Source: an uncultured Nitrospinota bacterium
Lineage (GTDB): Bacteria > Tectomicrobia > Entotheonellia > J063 > CAVPRW01
Length of the DNA: 64,000 bases
Direction: 5' to 3'
NCBI GenBank assembly: GCA_963707985.1
Contig: CAVPRW010000014.1
Location: forward strand, 32,001-96,000
Both the position numbers and the translations under genes were made by a program. Below are positions 8,551-18,698 of this stretch, in pieces. The notes beneath the pieces were generated by a model, which saw nothing but the letters and a program-made list of their open reading frames with translations, was not told the origin of the DNA and did no database searches. Within the stretch, counting starts at the first letter, position 1, and each line of letters begins with the position of its first letter.

Positions 8551-11500
8551 CTCAAGGTCCACTCCCAGACGTTACCGGTCATGTCCAGCGCGCCGCAGGG
8601 CGCAGCGCCGGTCGGAAATACTCCCACCACCGAAGGAAAGCCGACTTGATTGGCCACATTCGCCCTTGCTTCGTCCCACTCATCACCCCAGGCGTAGACA
8701 CGTTTATGTCCCGCCGCTACGTCCCACCCGGCGGCTTTCTCCCATTCGGCCTCAATCGGCAGGCGAACCTGCCAGTTGCCGCTGCTCAACAGCGTATTCA
8801 AGGCGGCTCCGTCAACGATAAAGGACTGACCATGCATGGTGAGCAGTAGCTGCAACCAGGCACAATAGGCCATGGCCTCGTACCAATTCACCCCAGTCAC
8901 CGGTTGGGTGGGTAGATTCAACCGCTCGTCGTACCAGTAAAAGGGCTCGCCACGTCGCTCCAAGGGGCGTTGCGCCATCCAGTCGGCATACTGTTTGCGA
9001 ATGTCCGTATCGGCAATCCATGACAGGTCCGGCTCCGCACCATCGAGCCAGGCCTGTCCCGCATCGGTCCACCACTGCCGGTCATGGTAGCCGCCACCTT
9101 CGACGAAGGGAGCGAACTGGGCGTTGGTGAGGGGGTAGCGCGCAATATAAAAGGTGGGGAGCGTCAGTTCGTGCTGGGGCTTTTCGTCGTCATCGGCTTC
9201 TTCATTGTTTTTGGCCCCGAGCCGAAACGGTCCAGCGGGTACCTTGCACCAGGAGAGGTCGGGCACCTTTCCCTGCGTGCCTACTCCGTCTCTTGGGTCA
9301 CCTAGACGGGCCAGCGCCTGGCCAGCGTCGCTCGGCGGGCTGGAGGCGCGTCAGCTAGAGTCGGGTCGGTGAGTAGGGCAACCAGGCGGTTGGCCAGGGC
9401 CTGTTGGGTGGTTTCGGCTCCGCCCCACTCCAGGAAGGTTGCGGCAGTCAGCTCGGCAGCGGCCAGGGTCTGAGCGCTGTGCGGCGGCTGTGAGGCGCCC
9501 AAATGGGCCAGGCGACGGAGCAGGTCAGTTGCCGTATCAGGGGCGGTTACATGCAGATAGCCCCCGGTCAGCAGTATGGGTTCGCGCCACCAGGAGTCTG
9601 CCAGGCGGTTCTGCTGCTCAAGAAACCTGGCAATACGAGTCACATCCCGCTCCACCTCGGCCAGATAGCGAGCCGTCAAGAACTCCTGAAAACTCAGATG
9701 GCCAAAGCGGTACTGCCCAGCGCGCTCTTCGAGCAAACCGCCCCGTTGTCGGCTGACCGACACCAGGTCCGCCACCAAGGCCTCGGCGGCGGTCTGCGAT
9801 TTGTGGCGGCGCTGGCGCAGATACGTACATAACACCTCGGTCAGCTCGCGCTCGCCGATCTCACGTCCGGCCTCCTGCCCGCGGCTGTGCATCTGAAACG
9901 CCAGATATTGCAGCATATCGCGTCGCATGCGCCAGTCACCCCCCAATTGCGCCAGGCGCTGGGCCACGGCTTCGTCGGGGTTGTAGGACGAGGTGAGCAA
10001 GGTATCGACCACCTCCATGTATAACTCGGCGCGCTGATCGGGCAGGCGGCGCAGGTTGAAATGTACGATGAGGAGCATGCGCACCAATAGCGGTGTGGTC
10101 ACCAGCCGGTTGTCGTCCGTGGTTCCCAGGCGCGCCGCCCGCTCTGCTTCCAGACTGGTCACGCTGGCAATGAGATGTTCGGCCTGACGCTCCCGATCAT
10201 CTCGCTCCACCTCAGCCGGATAGATGGCGCGATACGCCCGGCGGATCAGGTCGGCCACCTGCTCAGGTTCCAGCGGCAGGACCCGCACGATGCGGAACTC
10301 CTGCCCTAACACCGCCTTGCCCTGGTATGCCTGGGTGCGGCTGGTGACCACCAGGCGGGCGTGGGGCCGGCCGTTGGTCAGGTCGCGCACGGCCTGGGAT
10401 ACCAGCGCACGCTCGTCCTCGTTAGGCACCTCATCCAGTCCGTCCAGTAGCAACATGATGTGCCGGCCCTGATTGAGCAGGGTGGCGAAAAAATCGTTCG
10501 GCAGGTTCAGTCCTGCCTGCCGCTCCAGCAGGTAGTTATTGATAAACGTGGCCAATTGGCGCTGTCGGGGGTCGACATGGTCCGCAAAGCGGCGACGGTG
10601 GTCAGCATAGAGGCTGAGCGGCACATAGATCGGTAAGGGCAACTCCCCGGCCATGCCCAGGCGCTCGGCTGCGAGGTCTGAGTGATTAGTGCGCAGGGCC
10701 TCGGCGAGGGTCCAGGCGATGTGTTGCAACACAGTGGTTTTGCCGCACCCTGGGGTGCCGATCACGGCCAGATGATTGGCCTGGTTTAAAAGTTCTGCAT
10801 GGTGATGCGTACGGCGGGAGCATGGTCCGCCAGCAGTTCGGCCTCGGCAGGAGCGGCTTGGCGTCTACCTCCACGCGTCGACCGGCCCAGGTTACGCTTG
10901 AGCGTTTCACGGGCTTCGGGCAGGGCTTCCGCGGCCAGGGGCACGTAAATCTCGTCGAGGGATAGCTCGATCGCCTGCTGACCGCCGCTCTTGATGCCGC
11001 GCAGCACCACCCGCCCCATGGCCGCCTCCAGCCAGGTCAGGTAGCGATCCAGAGCGGCCCGGTAGTCCGCCTCGTCCCAGGTGCCTCCGCCACCTCGGTA
11101 GACATGCACAATGTGATTGATCTGAGTGCCCGTGACCAGGTTCCCGGCGTCGATATCTCCTTTGGCGGTGACGTCCCCCGTGCTCGGCCTTGCCACCTCC
11201 ACGGCCTGGCGAATGGCGTTGACGTCGGTGGCCACAGCCCGGAGTAGCTGGGTCGCGTCGCGCAGTTGGGCGGTTTGGATGGTCTCGGCCAGTTCGGGCT
11301 CCTGTTCGGCGACTTGCAGAAATGCTTCGACACCGGCGCCCAGCCGTGTGGAGAAATCGAACGGCGGCAGACCACGGCCTTCCGTGATGTCTGCAAAGCT
11401 TTCGACCAGGGTTTCCTGGTCGGGCGCACGCCCCCGGACCAGCTTGGCGAGCTCCGCAGTGACGGCTGGCTCGTCCACGAAGGCTCTTAGAATGCGGCTG

Positions 11501-11887
11501 GTAGGTCTTGCTGAGCGGATCATCCGCCGGGAGCCAGGCAGCCAGGGCCGCCTGGTAACAATGCTCCAGGGCTTTCTGGCGCGGCGTGGCCTCGATGGCC
11601 TGGCGCAGGCGGTTCCCCAGGACGCCCAGGATGCTGGCAGTGACATTGGCCGCCACATCGGCCAGATAGCCGGTGGTGATGGGATCGAGCATCACAGATC
11701 CTCCGTCATGGGCCGTTTGACAGGCACGAGAGCCATTACCGCCTGCTTCCCTTCACGAAATTGAGGAGCGCATCCATCCCCAAAAAACAGCGATCAGAAA
11801 CCAGAAAGCAGAAGTCAGAAACCTGATAGCAGTTTTCAGATCAGCGTTTGGCAGTCAAGGAACCGCAAGCGCTCTCTCTCGCTCTGC

Positions 11888-13950
11888 TTAGCCCTCACCC
11901 CGCCCTCTCCCGGAGGGAGAGGGGGAATATGCCAAGACAGGGCCCACCACCACTCGCACCCCAATAAGGCTGTAGAAGTTATCGAAGTAATCGCACCATA
12001 AGTCGCCCAGTCATCAGCCCCTCCCGCACCTCATGTGTATCCTTACTGGCACTGGTGCTGCGGAGTTGCTCGCTCAGCCAGCGCGTATAGGCGGCAGCCT
12101 CCAACCAGGTGATACCGACGACCGGAAAGAGCGGGCTGTTCCACTTGCGGTCGTCCCACAAGTATGGGCGGTCACACGGATCCCGAAGCCCTTTGGATGC
12201 TTTGCTGTAATAGGTCCACGTGCGCCAGGCCCAGTCTGCATTGCTCCCCCCTTCTGGACAGTCGTAGCCACCCGCCGCGATGAAACGGGCAAACTGGCGG
12301 TTCGTGACGGGATATTTGCCGATCCACACGTTCATTCCAGGCACAGGGCGGAAGGCATCCAGGCCGGTGGGTTCGTACCCGTGAGGCGTCAGCAACACGT
12401 CCCCTTCTTGTGCATCCGGTGCCCAACCCAGGCGACCTAGCAGATCGCCGGCATCGCGCCGGCTGCGAATCGGGCAGGCAGCATCATGCATCGTCTGCAC
12501 CAGAGCGTGTTCAATCTTCAGCGCCGCAGCGCGGCTGAGGTTGGTTGCTCCCATGTCCAGCAGGGCTTTGCCGGCAAAGATGGCGCTACGCCCTCTGATC
12601 GGCCTGGTTCGCAGGAACCTCACGTGCCAACAACTCTTGCAGCATATCCCCGGCGATTCTGGGGCGCCGTTGGATGACCCCAATGAAACCAATGGCCAGT
12701 AGCAACGTTTCCTGCCAGGCCGGGTCGAGCAGGTAGCGCTTGAAGAGCCCGAGGACGTCTTCTTGTGATGCATCCATACGCTGGACTATGCCCTGGGCGG
12801 CCAGCAATTCTTCCAAGGTCAGGTGCAAGAAGCCGTACTGACGCTCGCCCCGTTCCAGGAGCAGGTTCGAGTAGCGTTGCACGCTGTCGAGAAAGGCCCG
12901 CCCCCGCTGACGTGCCTCGCCCCTGGGTAGCCTCCACTCCTCGCTTCGGTAATAGTCGGTGAGCCATTGTTCCAGTTGATCCCGCGTCACCAACCCGGCG
13001 GTGGGGTTCTCCTGACGCAGCCACAGGGCCAGCGGGGCCAACACCTGGATCGTTTCCTCGTACCGCATGCTCCCACCGACCGGGTATTGATCCAACGAAC
13101 GGGCCCGGTTCCAGCTTTCAATCAACGTTTGCAGGTACAACTCGTACAGCTTCACCCGTTGCTCCGGCAACGTCACACCGGTGTGCTTGATCAACGCCAG
13201 GATGGTGAGCAGGAGGGGATTGGCGGCCAGCCGCTCGACGCTGGGGTTGTGAACGATGGCCTGCAGCAGGTCGCGCCGTTCTTGCGCCGCGGCCTGACGG
13301 GCGGGTTCGGTATCACCATGGAACAGCTCGCCGACCCGATGGAGCTTGTGCTGGCGGCTGGCGTAGTATTCGCCGAGAAACTGGCTCAGGCTCAGCTCGC
13401 CCTGCTGCATGAGACGTCGGGCATAGGCATTGAGCGGCAGCAGAATAGGCAGCGGGCCATCTGGCTGTGCCACCAGCGCCAGCGCTAGCACCTTGAGCAG
13501 GGTACTCTTGCCCGAGCCTGGATCCCCGAGCACCACCACGGCCGGAGCAGTGTGCAGGGCCACCTCCACTGGCACGGGTTGCGCGGGGTGTGCGAGAGCA
13601 GCGGCTGCAATCACATCGGGGACGGCTGCGCTCTCCCCGGACCACGGTCGCCCAGCCACGCGCCCTGCCGCGGTGGCATGGCCAGCGTAGGCCTTCAGCG
13701 GCACATAGACGTCGGTCAGGGCGAGCTGCTGGGTGACCTGCTGCACCTGCTGAATGCCCTGCATGTCCAGATAACGGTAGCTGTCGCGCAGGTAGGTCAG
13801 ATAGTCGGTCCGCAAGCGGACCAGGTCGGGTGGTGGTGTGAACGGCTGCTGAAAAATAACGGTAAACTTTTGCTGGATGCCGGTGATGACGTTTTCGGCG
13901 TGGATACTGCCTTCTGCTGTAATACCACCGGAGGAGGGTACGCTGTCCAT
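11888..13950 (-). pseudogene. NLR-like receptor B: N-terminal beta motif + NACHT + FGE-sulfatase/CLec; internally deleted
   Basis: GDPGSGKST, NPLLLT, FLHLTLEELL; Walker B region absent; frameshift near 12590; FGE KYPVTNRQF and PVVGITWLEA jump directly to the DNFYSLIGVRVVVGPVL tail. Confidence 0.85.
11892..11923. repeat. REP-like palindromic repeat
   Basis: ccctcaccccgccctctcccggagggagaggg; related copies at 28653-28685 and 28715-28747. Confidence 0.7.
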
Positions 13951-13987
13951 GCCACCTCCATGGCCGTGTGTCCCCAGAGACGCACCG

Positions 13988-14543
13988 TTAGAAGATGCAG
14001 GCTGGCCAGGCGGTAGAGGGCCGTCGCGATGGGGGCCAACTTGATGACTGCCGCCTGCAATTTCCCGGCAGATTCCGCCGCGGTGGCCGCCTGGTTGATG
14101 ATCTTGACGGCGCGCTCCAGCTGGGGCGTGATCTTATCCGCGGCCGGCTTCTGCGCCTGACTCTGTTCGACGGCCCGGTCTACCGCTTTCTGGGCGTCCT
14201 CGGCGTCATACGCGTCGGCGATCTCCCCCGCTTTCACCGCTTCAGCCAGTTGCGCGCGCAAGGCGGCCAGTTCTTGCTGGAACTGCTCCAGGTTGGGGGC
14301 GGTACCCCCGTGGCCCACGTACTGGAAGCCGGTCACAATATTCTTCGCAATGATGTCCTGCACCGCTTCCACGCTGCCGCTCTCAAGCTCTCGCGCCAAC
14401 GCTAACAGCTCCCGGGCCGTTTCGGCATCGGCCCCTTGCACCTGCGCTCCAGTGACAATGTTGTCAGCCTCAATTCTCCCACCGGCTCTCACGCCGCCGG
14501 TGCGGGTAGGCGGTGTGTCGTTTGATGGTGACGTCTGGCTCAT
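13988..14543 (-). CDS. Small protein: two copies of the beta motif + C-terminal helical bundle
   Basis: GGVRAGGRIEADNIVTGAQ and GSVEAVQDIIAKNIVTGFQ, then amphipathic helices; RBS ggaggag. The ORF track runs to 13797 overlapping the next gene, so the true stop is probably near 13988 via a 1-nt indel. Confidence 0.75.
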
Positions 14544-14721
14544 ATCTCCTCCCTTGCTTCCCTTCGTTCACCCGTCTTCAGGGCATTGGCAGCCGCAGTT
14601 CGGCTGGACCATGCCCGCGTGCTCTTGAACGCTCCGAAGCTCCTCCACCCTGACCTTCCCGCCATTATAGGACTGAGGCCATTATTGATCAACTTGCTCG
14701 GCAGACAGGAAAGGACGAAGA

Positions 14722-15327
14722 TCAAACGCCAAGATGGTTCAAGGGACTCGGCACTCCCTGGCCGCCCTGCTGCAGGATGTGGGTAGAGATCATGGTCGTG
14801 GTCACCTCCGTGTGCCCGAGTAGTTGCTGAATATAGCTCTCTGCAACAGAAATCCGGCATTGGATCACCGTCCAATGTCTAGCTCTCGGGCGCGGTGGTG
14901 TTCAAATGCTGGGTTTCAAGTGCATACCGCTATAGTGCGGATGTCGGTGCCGCGGTGCAGCAGGTGGGTGGCGAAGGCATGACGAAAGGTATGGGCGCTG
15001 AGAGTCGTCGCCAGACCGGCACGCTGGACCACCACCTGGATGGCCGTGTTGATGACACGGGGGGCCACGTGATGGCGACGGGTGCTGCCAGCACGAGGGT
15101 CGCAGGGGCGACGTGTCCATGCACGGCCAGGTCGGTCAAGAACGACTCGATCGTGGGTTCGGCAGGGCAAAGGTAGTCGCGCGACCGCAGGCCGTGGAAA
15201 CGGACGAAGCATACGCTCCACTCCACCTAGGCGCGTTCGGTATGCATGGAGGAGTGGTGGAGACGGAGCACGCTTCGAACTTCATTGAGGAGTGTGGGGT
15301 GTTGACCTCTTGTCGCGTCAGGCCTAT
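14722..15327 (-). pseudogene. intI: Integron integrase IntI pseudogene
   Basis: PTLLNEVRSVLRLHHSSMHTERA*VEW...FHG...IESFLTDLAVHGHVAPAT, large internal deletion, then RRHHV...[40 protein letters not shown]...VPSPL; catalytic Tyr position reads Ser. Confidence 0.9.
14834..14932. mobile_element. 99-bp IS630-like MITE inside intI
   Basis: Imperfect TIR tagctctctgcaacagaaatccggcatt versus reverse complement tagcggtatgcacttgaaacccagcatt; TA duplicated; removal restores DIRTIQQLLGH. Confidence 0.8.
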
Positions 15328-15413
15328 AAGGTCTCCGTTATGGCGACCTGAGATCACTGATAACAGGCATCGGGCAAACCTGCCTGAAAACCCCACGAAT
15401 ATTGCATTATCAG

Positions 15414-16240
15414 GGCTCTTGGCCACTTTTGGTGATGAACCGAACCGGGTCAGAGGGCCAGGGGTTCAGGGCCATCCTACGGCTCCCTTGACCTCACACA
15501 GGCCGTCGGGCCTCAGCCATCCAGCGCGCACGCTGAAACGACGCTGAGGGCGTGGCCTCCATGCACGGCACGCGCGCGTGCACTGTCCCGATGCCGCGAG
15601 AAGAACGCGCCGCTGAGCAATCCAGGCTGGCACGGCCACACATCTGGCGCGTGAGCCTGTGCAGGCGATGCATGTGGCCCTCCCACGGGGCCATTGCTCC
15701 AGCGTCATGTCAGGCCAGCGTTGACGGCGTTGGAGTCGTCGCGCAGTCCCTTCGCACAGCGCTGCAAGGGCACGCAGGGACTCGCCGCCGCCCGTGCCCG
15801 CCCGGAATCCAGCGGATCAGCCCGCCGCTCGCGCACCAGCCGGGCAAAATCCTGGGCTCAGATAAGGGCGGCGGCCAGCTCGGGATGCTGGGCTTGCAGC
15901 TGGGCGATCTGCGCCGCGTCGTGTGCGTCCTGCGTCTCCGGCCGCCGCCGGACCAGCCAGGTGGCCCGGCGCGGGGTCAAGGCGCGGGGCGGCAGTGTGG
16001 CCACATCCGGGAGGGGCACACGACGCCGCAGGCGCAGGAGGGTGGTGCGACTGACGGGGAGGCCCAAGCCACGGCTTCGGCGGGCCCGGCCGAGCCCGCC
16101 CGCGCCACGGCGATGTGCACGAACCCCTGCACGAGCCGCGGCGTGCGTCGAGCCCCCGGCGCGATCAACGGAGCCAGCCGCTCGGTCAAGATGCGCCGGG
16201 GGCAGCGGCCATTGGCGCAGAAGACCGTTCGCACCTGCAC
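15414..16240 (-). mobile_element. ISL3-family remnant, internally deleted
   Basis: FCANGRCPRRILTERL...ARRTPRL, VSRTTLLR, LTPRRATWL and EGHMHRL..LTRQMCGRA fragments; end ggctcttggccacttttggtgatgaacc. Confidence 0.8.
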
Positions 16241-16278
16241 ATATCAGGGCAAAATGGCCAGATAATCAATGGTTCGGC
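16241..16278 (+). other. Candidate attI site
   Basis: ataatcaatgGTTCGGC lies upstream of and divergent from intI once ISL3 is removed, immediately before the first cassette ORF. Confidence 0.5.
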
Positions 16279-16325
16279 ACATATCGGTCCGAGATATCCT
16301 TGCATTACTTCGCAAGGGGCAAGAC

Positions 16326-17059
16326 ATGAAAGCCAGGTACATTGTAGCATTGGCCATCATCATCCTTGCCACGATACTCTGCAAGGAGTTGGTGCTTGCC
16401 CATCCGACTCGGCTGATAGCTCCATGGGAAATGCCATCCTACCGCGTCTTCTCGCACCATGGGGGGATCCTCGCAGCCGTTGCGGCAAGTTGCCGCGTCA
16501 GATCCTAACAAGCAAGGCTGGGGTGAATAGAGCCGTACGATCGGCTGCAAACCGGTAACGCCACGACGCGACCGAGCTACAGGCGAGCAAGCCGACTTCC
16601 GGGCTCATCTCAGCATTCACCCACCTTCAGGACACGTACTACCGCGGCCGTCCGTCGACTATTCGAAGTTCATGGTGCCGCTGCTGTCGGCTGCAAACTA
16701 TTCGGGCTTCACCCTCGTCGCACCGACTATCACTCGTAGGCTTCACCGATCGACGCCACCCTCAAGAGTCGAGGCCACCTGATCGACAGAGACTTCAATT
16801 CCAACCTCTTCAATTCACAGAGGCGCTTCTGTCGTTGAGTTCGGTGAAACTCGGATCTTGTCCAACAGCAATCTTCCTTATTGGAATGACGAAGCAGATC
16901 ACTATTTGGGTTAGGATTACGTTCAGCCTCCAACAATCTCAACCCTTTAGTATAGAGGTCTCAGTCAACTGCGAAAATGGACGGGGAACTACGAAGAAGG
17001 TAGAGCTATCTTCTCACACGCCGCGGACCAGAACTCTACGGCCAATGGTAAGAGCTTAA
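16326..17059 (+). pseudogene. Integron cassette 1: secreted hypothetical protein, frameshifted
   Basis: Signal-like MKARYIVALAIIILATIL; last segment stops at TAA inside the attC R'' box GCTTAAC. Confidence 0.5.
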
Positions 17060-17117
17060 CAACCGGGTGAAGCCGCCCGCTAACAAGCGCAGCGGCTCCA
17101 CCCTGAAGCCGTTCAGT
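17054..17117 (+). other. attC site
   Basis: GCTTAAC...gggtgaagccgc / gcggctccaccc...GTTCAGT imperfect palindrome. Confidence 0.8.
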
Positions 17118-17223
17118 TGCCAAATCTGCATTGTATGCGCCGGCTGAGAAACCTGGCATAATACGCTTGTCGGTTTTGAGGTCTCAACAATCAGGGGGGG
17201 TGAGAACAGAATGGAGGATTCCC

Positions 17224-17334
17224 ATGCGGGGGTTTGACCGCATTACCTTCGATTCACACGTCATGGGCGGACGCGCATGCCTCCGCGGCATGCGAATCAC
17301 GGTGTCGTTGCTTGTGAATCTGGTGGCCAATTGA
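17224..17334 (+). pseudogene. DUF433-family antitoxin fragment
   Basis: MRGFDRITFDSHVMGGRACLRGMRITVSLLVNLVAN*, truncated; RBS ggagg. Confidence 0.75.
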
Positions 17335-17358
17335 CATTGTCGCAAGTCATGTTACAGT
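17331..17358 (+). promoter_or_regulatory. sigma70-type promoter of higBA
   Basis: TTGACA-16 nt-TACAGT with TGn extension; TGAC...GTCA inverted repeat overlapping. Confidence 0.55.
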
Positions 17359-17364
17359 TGCGGC

Positions 17365-17640
17365 ATGATCAGAAGCTTCAAGCATAAGGGCCTTGCTGAG
17401 TTGTTCGAACGTGGCCGCAGCCGTCGAGTACGGCAGGAGCTGCACGCACGCTGTTTGCGCCGCTTGGAAGCGCTGGATCAAGCAGAGTCGTTGACAGACG
17501 TCAATGTGCCGGGATTCAATTTCCATGGCCTGCAAGGGGTGCCGAAACGTTACAGTATTCACGTCAACGGTCCGTGGTGCATCACATTCGAGTGGGAAGA
17601 TGGCGATGCGCTGCGGGTCGATCTTGAACAATATCATTGA
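17365..17640 (+). CDS. higB: HigB (RelE/ParE family) toxin
   Basis: MIRSFKHKGLAELF...YSIHVNGPWCITFEW...VDLEQYH. Confidence 0.9.
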   Translation: MIRSFKHKGLAELFERGRSRRVRQELHARCLRRLEALDQAESLTDVNVPGFNFHGLQGVPKRYSIHVNGPWCITFEWEDGDALRVDLEQYH

Positions 17641-17649
17641 GGTGAAGGG

Positions 17650-18005
17650 ATGGGAGAGTATGCCGTGAAGCGTCCGTGAAGCGTCCACCGATCCATCCAG
17701 GGGAGATTGTGCGTGAAGACGTGCTCCCAGCGCTAGGGTTGTCAGTCAGTGAAGCCGCGCGGCGGCTGGGTATTTCGCGTCAGCAGTTCCATCGAGTCTT
17801 AGCCTGTACGCATCCGATCACCACGGAAATGGCGCTGAGGATTGGGAAGCTTGCTGGCAACGGGCCGGGACTTTGGCTGCGCATGCAGCAGGCGTATGAC
17901 TTGTGGCACGTTGAGCAGCGGCTGAAAGAGGATCTTGCCAGGATTAAGCCCGCAGCATCAGGGAACTCCAGCACCGAACAATCGCTTGCAGGCGACCGCC
18001 AATAG
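17650..18005 (+). CDS. higA: HigA antitoxin (HTH)
   Basis: HPGEIVREDVL...ITTEMALRI...WLRMQQAYDLW; start at 17650 (with a 1-nt indel) or 17676. Confidence 0.9.
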
Positions 18006-18060
18006 CCTTCGCTCGTGCCTCGCTTCGGCTATCGGCGGCGCCTGAAGCGTGGCGTTAGCC
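17973..18060 (+). other. attC site
   Basis: ACCGAAC...cgcttgcaggcgaccgcc / ggcggcgcctgaagcg...GTTAGCC. Confidence 0.9.
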
Positions 18061-18093
18061 GTCTAATTGAGGGCGTGCATGAGGGAGAGCGCT

Positions 18094-18550
18094 ATGGAAA
18101 TCGTCCTTGGTATTCTCCAGTACGTGATTATTCCCGCGATCGCTTTCGCTGCAGGTTTGTTTTCAAAATGGTTTCTTCAGTCTCAAAAGGCACGCGATGA
18201 CACACTCCGAGCGCTCGCGCCTCAGCGAGCCGCCGCACTTGGTACTCTTTGGAGACTTACAACGCCGTTCGCGCATGGATCGAGTGCCCAGCTAGACAAG
18301 GACCAACGCCGTACGGCAGATATCGAATTTCGAAAGTGGTACTACGAAGATGGATGAGCCCTTTTTTTATCCTGGCGGGCCGCGAAGCACTATCTGCTCG
18401 CTATTGACGCGCTACGAGACGCTTTGTCGAGTGACCAAGCGCGCAGGAGACATGTTCTCGAGTCTGCGTACACAGCTCAGGCGCGACTGTGGTATCTATT
18501 CATGGTGGAATAGTTGGAGGCAATTACCTATACCGCGACCGCACTTGCCG
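18094..18550 (+). pseudogene. Integron cassette: membrane-anchored hypothetical protein, disrupted
   Basis: MEIVLGILQYVIIPAIAF... stop at 18357, continues ...SSLRTQLRRDCGIY; bounded by GTTAGCC and its exact complement GGCTAAC. Confidence 0.6.
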
Positions 18551-18659
18551 GCTAACCACCCACTACAGCGGACGGGGGAACAGCGGCACTTTGCGGCTCG
18601 GTGGCCCAGTCAGAGGTTGGGGGCGGTGCCGCCCCCGCCGCTGAGTGGGAGCGTTGGAC
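18550..18659 (+). other. attC site
   Basis: GGCTAAC..cccactacagcggacggggg / cccccgccgctgagtggg..GTTGGAC. Confidence 0.85.
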
Positions 18660-18698
18660 TGACCCGCATACGCGGGGGATGGGGTGTGTGCGTGAGCA

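Larger units (their letters stand above)
7399..11695 (-). pseudogene. NLR-like receptor A: N-terminal helical domain + beta motif + NACHT + FGE-sulfatase/CLec; frameshifted and IS-interrupted
   Basis: ORFs 10907-11695, 10786-11658, 9302-10765, 8535-9266 and tail 7399-7601 join; GTPGCGKTT, LLLDGLDE, VTSR, TPLL, FGHLSFQEFL; FGE motifs RLPIEAEWEKAA, DMTGNVWEW, LRGGAW...NIGVRVV. Confidence 0.9.

Noticed and set aside
7745..8821. 358-aa plus-strand ORF
   Set aside because: Antisense shadow across the IS remnant and FGE gene; no recognisable motifs
14916..15226. XerC/D or phage integrase
   Set aside because: The N-terminal LL..VR..LR..H...TE.AY pattern, RRHH patch and SPL tail are IntI-type, and attC sites follow
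7300..15400. Complete DGR cassette (RT, Avd, TR)
   Set aside because: No reverse transcriptase, no Avd-like ORF and no AAC-rich non-coding template seen in the window
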